Below are positions 35,984 through 38,365 of a DNA stretch of 38,365 bases, piece after piece (position 1 is the first letter of the stretch; the number at the start of each line of letters is the position of its first letter). A program made the position numbers and the translations under genes. The notes beneath the pieces were generated by a model. The model searched no databases, was not told the DNA's origin, and saw nothing but the letters and a program-made list of their open reading frames with translations. The DNA is taken from contig PS015333.1 of NCBI GenBank assembly GCA_048213135.1, positions 1 to 38,365 of the forward strand. The letters are read 5' to 3'. The stretch is from Reclinomonas americana ATCC 50394 (Eukaryota).

Positions 35984-38268
35984 ATGTTCACGGATTCTGT
36001 GTTTGGATGGGGCGACTACCCGATGGTATCTCCGTCGACTCCGACCTCCGGCGGCCCCTCGTCATCGTCACAAGGCGGCGCAGTGCAGTCGCGTCGCCTG
36101 TCGTCGGGCGGCACTGGCAGCAGCAGCAGCAACAACAACAACAACCTTGCCAGCAGCGACGACGTGATTTCGTCACCGACTACTGAGGGTGTGTATGTGT
36201 GGTGGCGAGGGTGGCCGCAGCAGCAGCCGCCGGCTGACGCCACGTGTACCACCGCTACTGCAGGTCTGCCGCTCATGCCCTCGTCATTCGCTGCCAGTGC
36301 GCCGCTGCCACGTGGCGCGTCGGCGGCCGCCGCCCTTGATGTCCATGATGATGACGATGACGACGACGACGACGACGAGGACCTGCCGCCGTCGGCGCAC
36401 TTGTGGCGGCCCACCATGCTGAAGAAGGTGCGGCCGGCGGTTGCTTCCGATGGGAGCACGCCTGCCACGCGGCGCACAGGGGCGGTGGTGGGTGTGGTGG
36501 GTGATGGCCACAACCTGATGCGTCCGTCGTCGGTCGACGAGAGCACCAACTTGCCACCGCTGACGCCCATGGTGCCGCCGACGCCAAACACCACGGCGGG
36601 TGGCACCTTGGCCTCGGCGGCAGCAGTGCAGCCGCTGATGGATTCGGCGCACCGGTTTTCGCCACATCATATGTCACCATCAGTGGTGCCGACACGCGAT
36701 GCCTCTCGAACGTGAGTGTGCTGTTGTGCATAGAGTGCGTGCGTGTGCAGGGGGTTTCGGGGTCTATTCTGGGGGTCTTTCGTTTCCATTTTGAGTGGGC
36801 ACCTTTGTTGTGCTGCTTGCGTTCCCGGCGCTGCATTCCTCATTTGTGATGTGCATTCCGACGCAGACCACCGCCACCGCTGCAGCTGCCGGTTGCCGGG
36901 CGCAAGAAGACCGTGGTCAGTCGGCGTCGCAGTGCGTCGCCGGCGGCCGACAGTGCGAGTAGCAGGGGGAGCAGCAATGTGGCGCCGCAGCCGCCGGTGG
37001 TGTACGACCGGACGCCTGTGGTGAGCAATGAGCCTGCGCTGTTGCATGGGTTGGCGGGCGAGACGCGTGTGTTTCTGCGGCCGGCGGACGATGATGCGCG
37101 GCATCTGACGGCCGTGTTTCGTGTCAAGTTGGCCACCACATCGTATCGTGAGTCGCGCTCGGCGTTCCGGCTGCGCATGAATGTGTTCCACGCCGGCCAC
37201 GGCGACCAGCGACCTGTGCTGACGGTGCTGTCGCCGCGGTTCCTGTCGTTTGCCAAGCGTCGCCAGTCGACAGCCGCAGCGCAACGGTGCAGTCGGGAGT
37301 GGGCCAATGACGTGAATGCGCGACGATGGTCTGGTGTGCCACGCGGCGGCTCCGTGTCGACCAAGCCGGCGAAGAAACTGGCGACGTTTTACACGGAGGA
37401 CATGCCATTCTGCTTCCTGTCGGCACCGTACACGCATGATTTCCGTCTCGATGTACCCGCCTCTGCACTCGGTTCCGAGGCGGCGGCGGAGGCCGCAGTG
37501 GGTGCGGGTCTCTCGGCCTCTCTGGAGTTGGTGGAGGCACCGGCGGGTGGTGCGTCGGCGACGCAGGGACGGACACGTCGGTCGTCGGCTCACTTGTCGG
37601 GCGATGAGGAGGCCACGGAGGACGAAGACGAGCACGAGCGAGTGGTTCACCGAACCGATGCCGGTAGCTCTGTTGCTGTTGACGACGCCAAGCAGCATCA
37701 TCATCAGCATCAGCCGCAAGAGGTGGCTGGTGGTGGTGGTGGTGAGGTGGAGGATTCGGTGGCTCGCCGACGACCAGTACGTGCCGCGGCCGCGCGTCGT
37801 CGCTCCATTGTGGAGATGCTGGGCGGAGAGGACGATGATGAGGAAGAGGGAGACGATCACGCGGGTGGTGCCGGTGACGAGGGCGAATACAAGGAGGACG
37901 TGGTTATGGGTGGCGATCAGGCTGGACACGTGATTCACGACGACGATGACGAGGATGAGAACGAGGACGTCTCTCATCGTCGTGGTGGTGGTGGCAAGCG
38001 AGGCGGCGCACGCTCACGCGCAGCGCAGCCTGGCATCCACAGCACGAGTGGCAGCCGTCGTGGCCGTCGTCCGCCGCCGTTGAACGGGCTGGCGCCGGCA
38101 ATGGCCGTCGAGGAGGAGTCAGTAGCGGAGATGCCGACGAAGCGGCAGCGTGTGGAGAGTGCCGGCGGTGTTTCGCGTGCGGATCTGCCGGCGCTGGTGC
38201 GCAATCTGACGCCGGACGACCGGGCGTATCTGCGCTCGCTGCTCGACGAGGCTGCACTTGCACGGTGA
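35984..38268 (+). CDS. Low-complexity nuclear-type protein with a tentative CudA-like Ig-fold DNA-binding domain
   Basis: Long Ser/Pro/acidic coding frames joined by an intron at about 36712-36866. Ordered segment AVFRVKLATTSYRESRSAFRLRMNVF...PVLTVLSPRFLSFAKRR resembles the CudA/p53-like beta-sandwich C-terminal strands. NLS-like PTKRQR. TGA at 38266-38268. Confidence 0.6.
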
Positions 38269-38365
38269 GAAGGTGTGCCACGGACACGCGTGCGTGCAGC
38301 CAGTCGGCCGGGGAGACGGGGAGGGGAGGGGAGGGAGGACAGGAGAGGTTGGTGGTTGTAAGCGT

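Noticed and set aside
36667-37977. 436-aa minus-strand ORF with hydrophobic runs
   Set aside because: Antisense shadow of the acidic GAC/GAG-rich + strand exon.
1-38365. Stop-codon reassignment or alternative genetic code to explain fragmented ORFs
   Set aside because: Every in-frame stop inside recognisable genes falls in a removable GT-AG (or GC-AG) intron, and TAA and TGA are used as true stops.
1-38365. CRISPR array, prokaryotic operon/defence system, rRNA/tRNA, transposase or reverse transcriptase
   Set aside because: No regularly spaced direct repeats with spacers and no such motifs were seen. The sequence is spliceosomal-intron-rich eukaryotic DNA.

Overview
GC-rich, very gene-dense and intron-rich genomic scaffold from a microbial eukaryote (lineage not determinable here; no prokaryotic, CRISPR, rRNA/tRNA or transposase signal). 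It has several N gaps and microsatellite-rich introns. Splicing by eye (mostly 55-100 nt introns, branch-like CTCAC/CTGAC, YAG acceptors, standard genetic code) gives about 11 genes. These are: a partial WD40-like gene; a Fused/STK36-type kinase with C-terminal ARM repeats; a myristoylated LRR + double-RING E3-like gene; an unknown gene; a secreted PH-domain-like protein; a BTB-BACK protein; a ~11 kb, ~45-exon Pmp-like beta-helix/multi-TM surface protein; an ankyrin-repeat protein; a papain-EGF-FN3-folate-receptor-like GPI-anchored protease whose middle contig is flipped in the scaffold; a mitochondria-targeted CCR4/nocturnin-type EEP enzyme; and a tentative CudA-like Ig-fold DNA-binding protein. 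The most striking observation is a major second class of 5' splice sites shifted by one base (G-[T/C]-T-G-C/A-G-T). I counted about 20 exact GTTGCG donors and two GC donors with the same shift, forced by conserved protein motifs. All gene models are manual and need RNA-seq confirmation.
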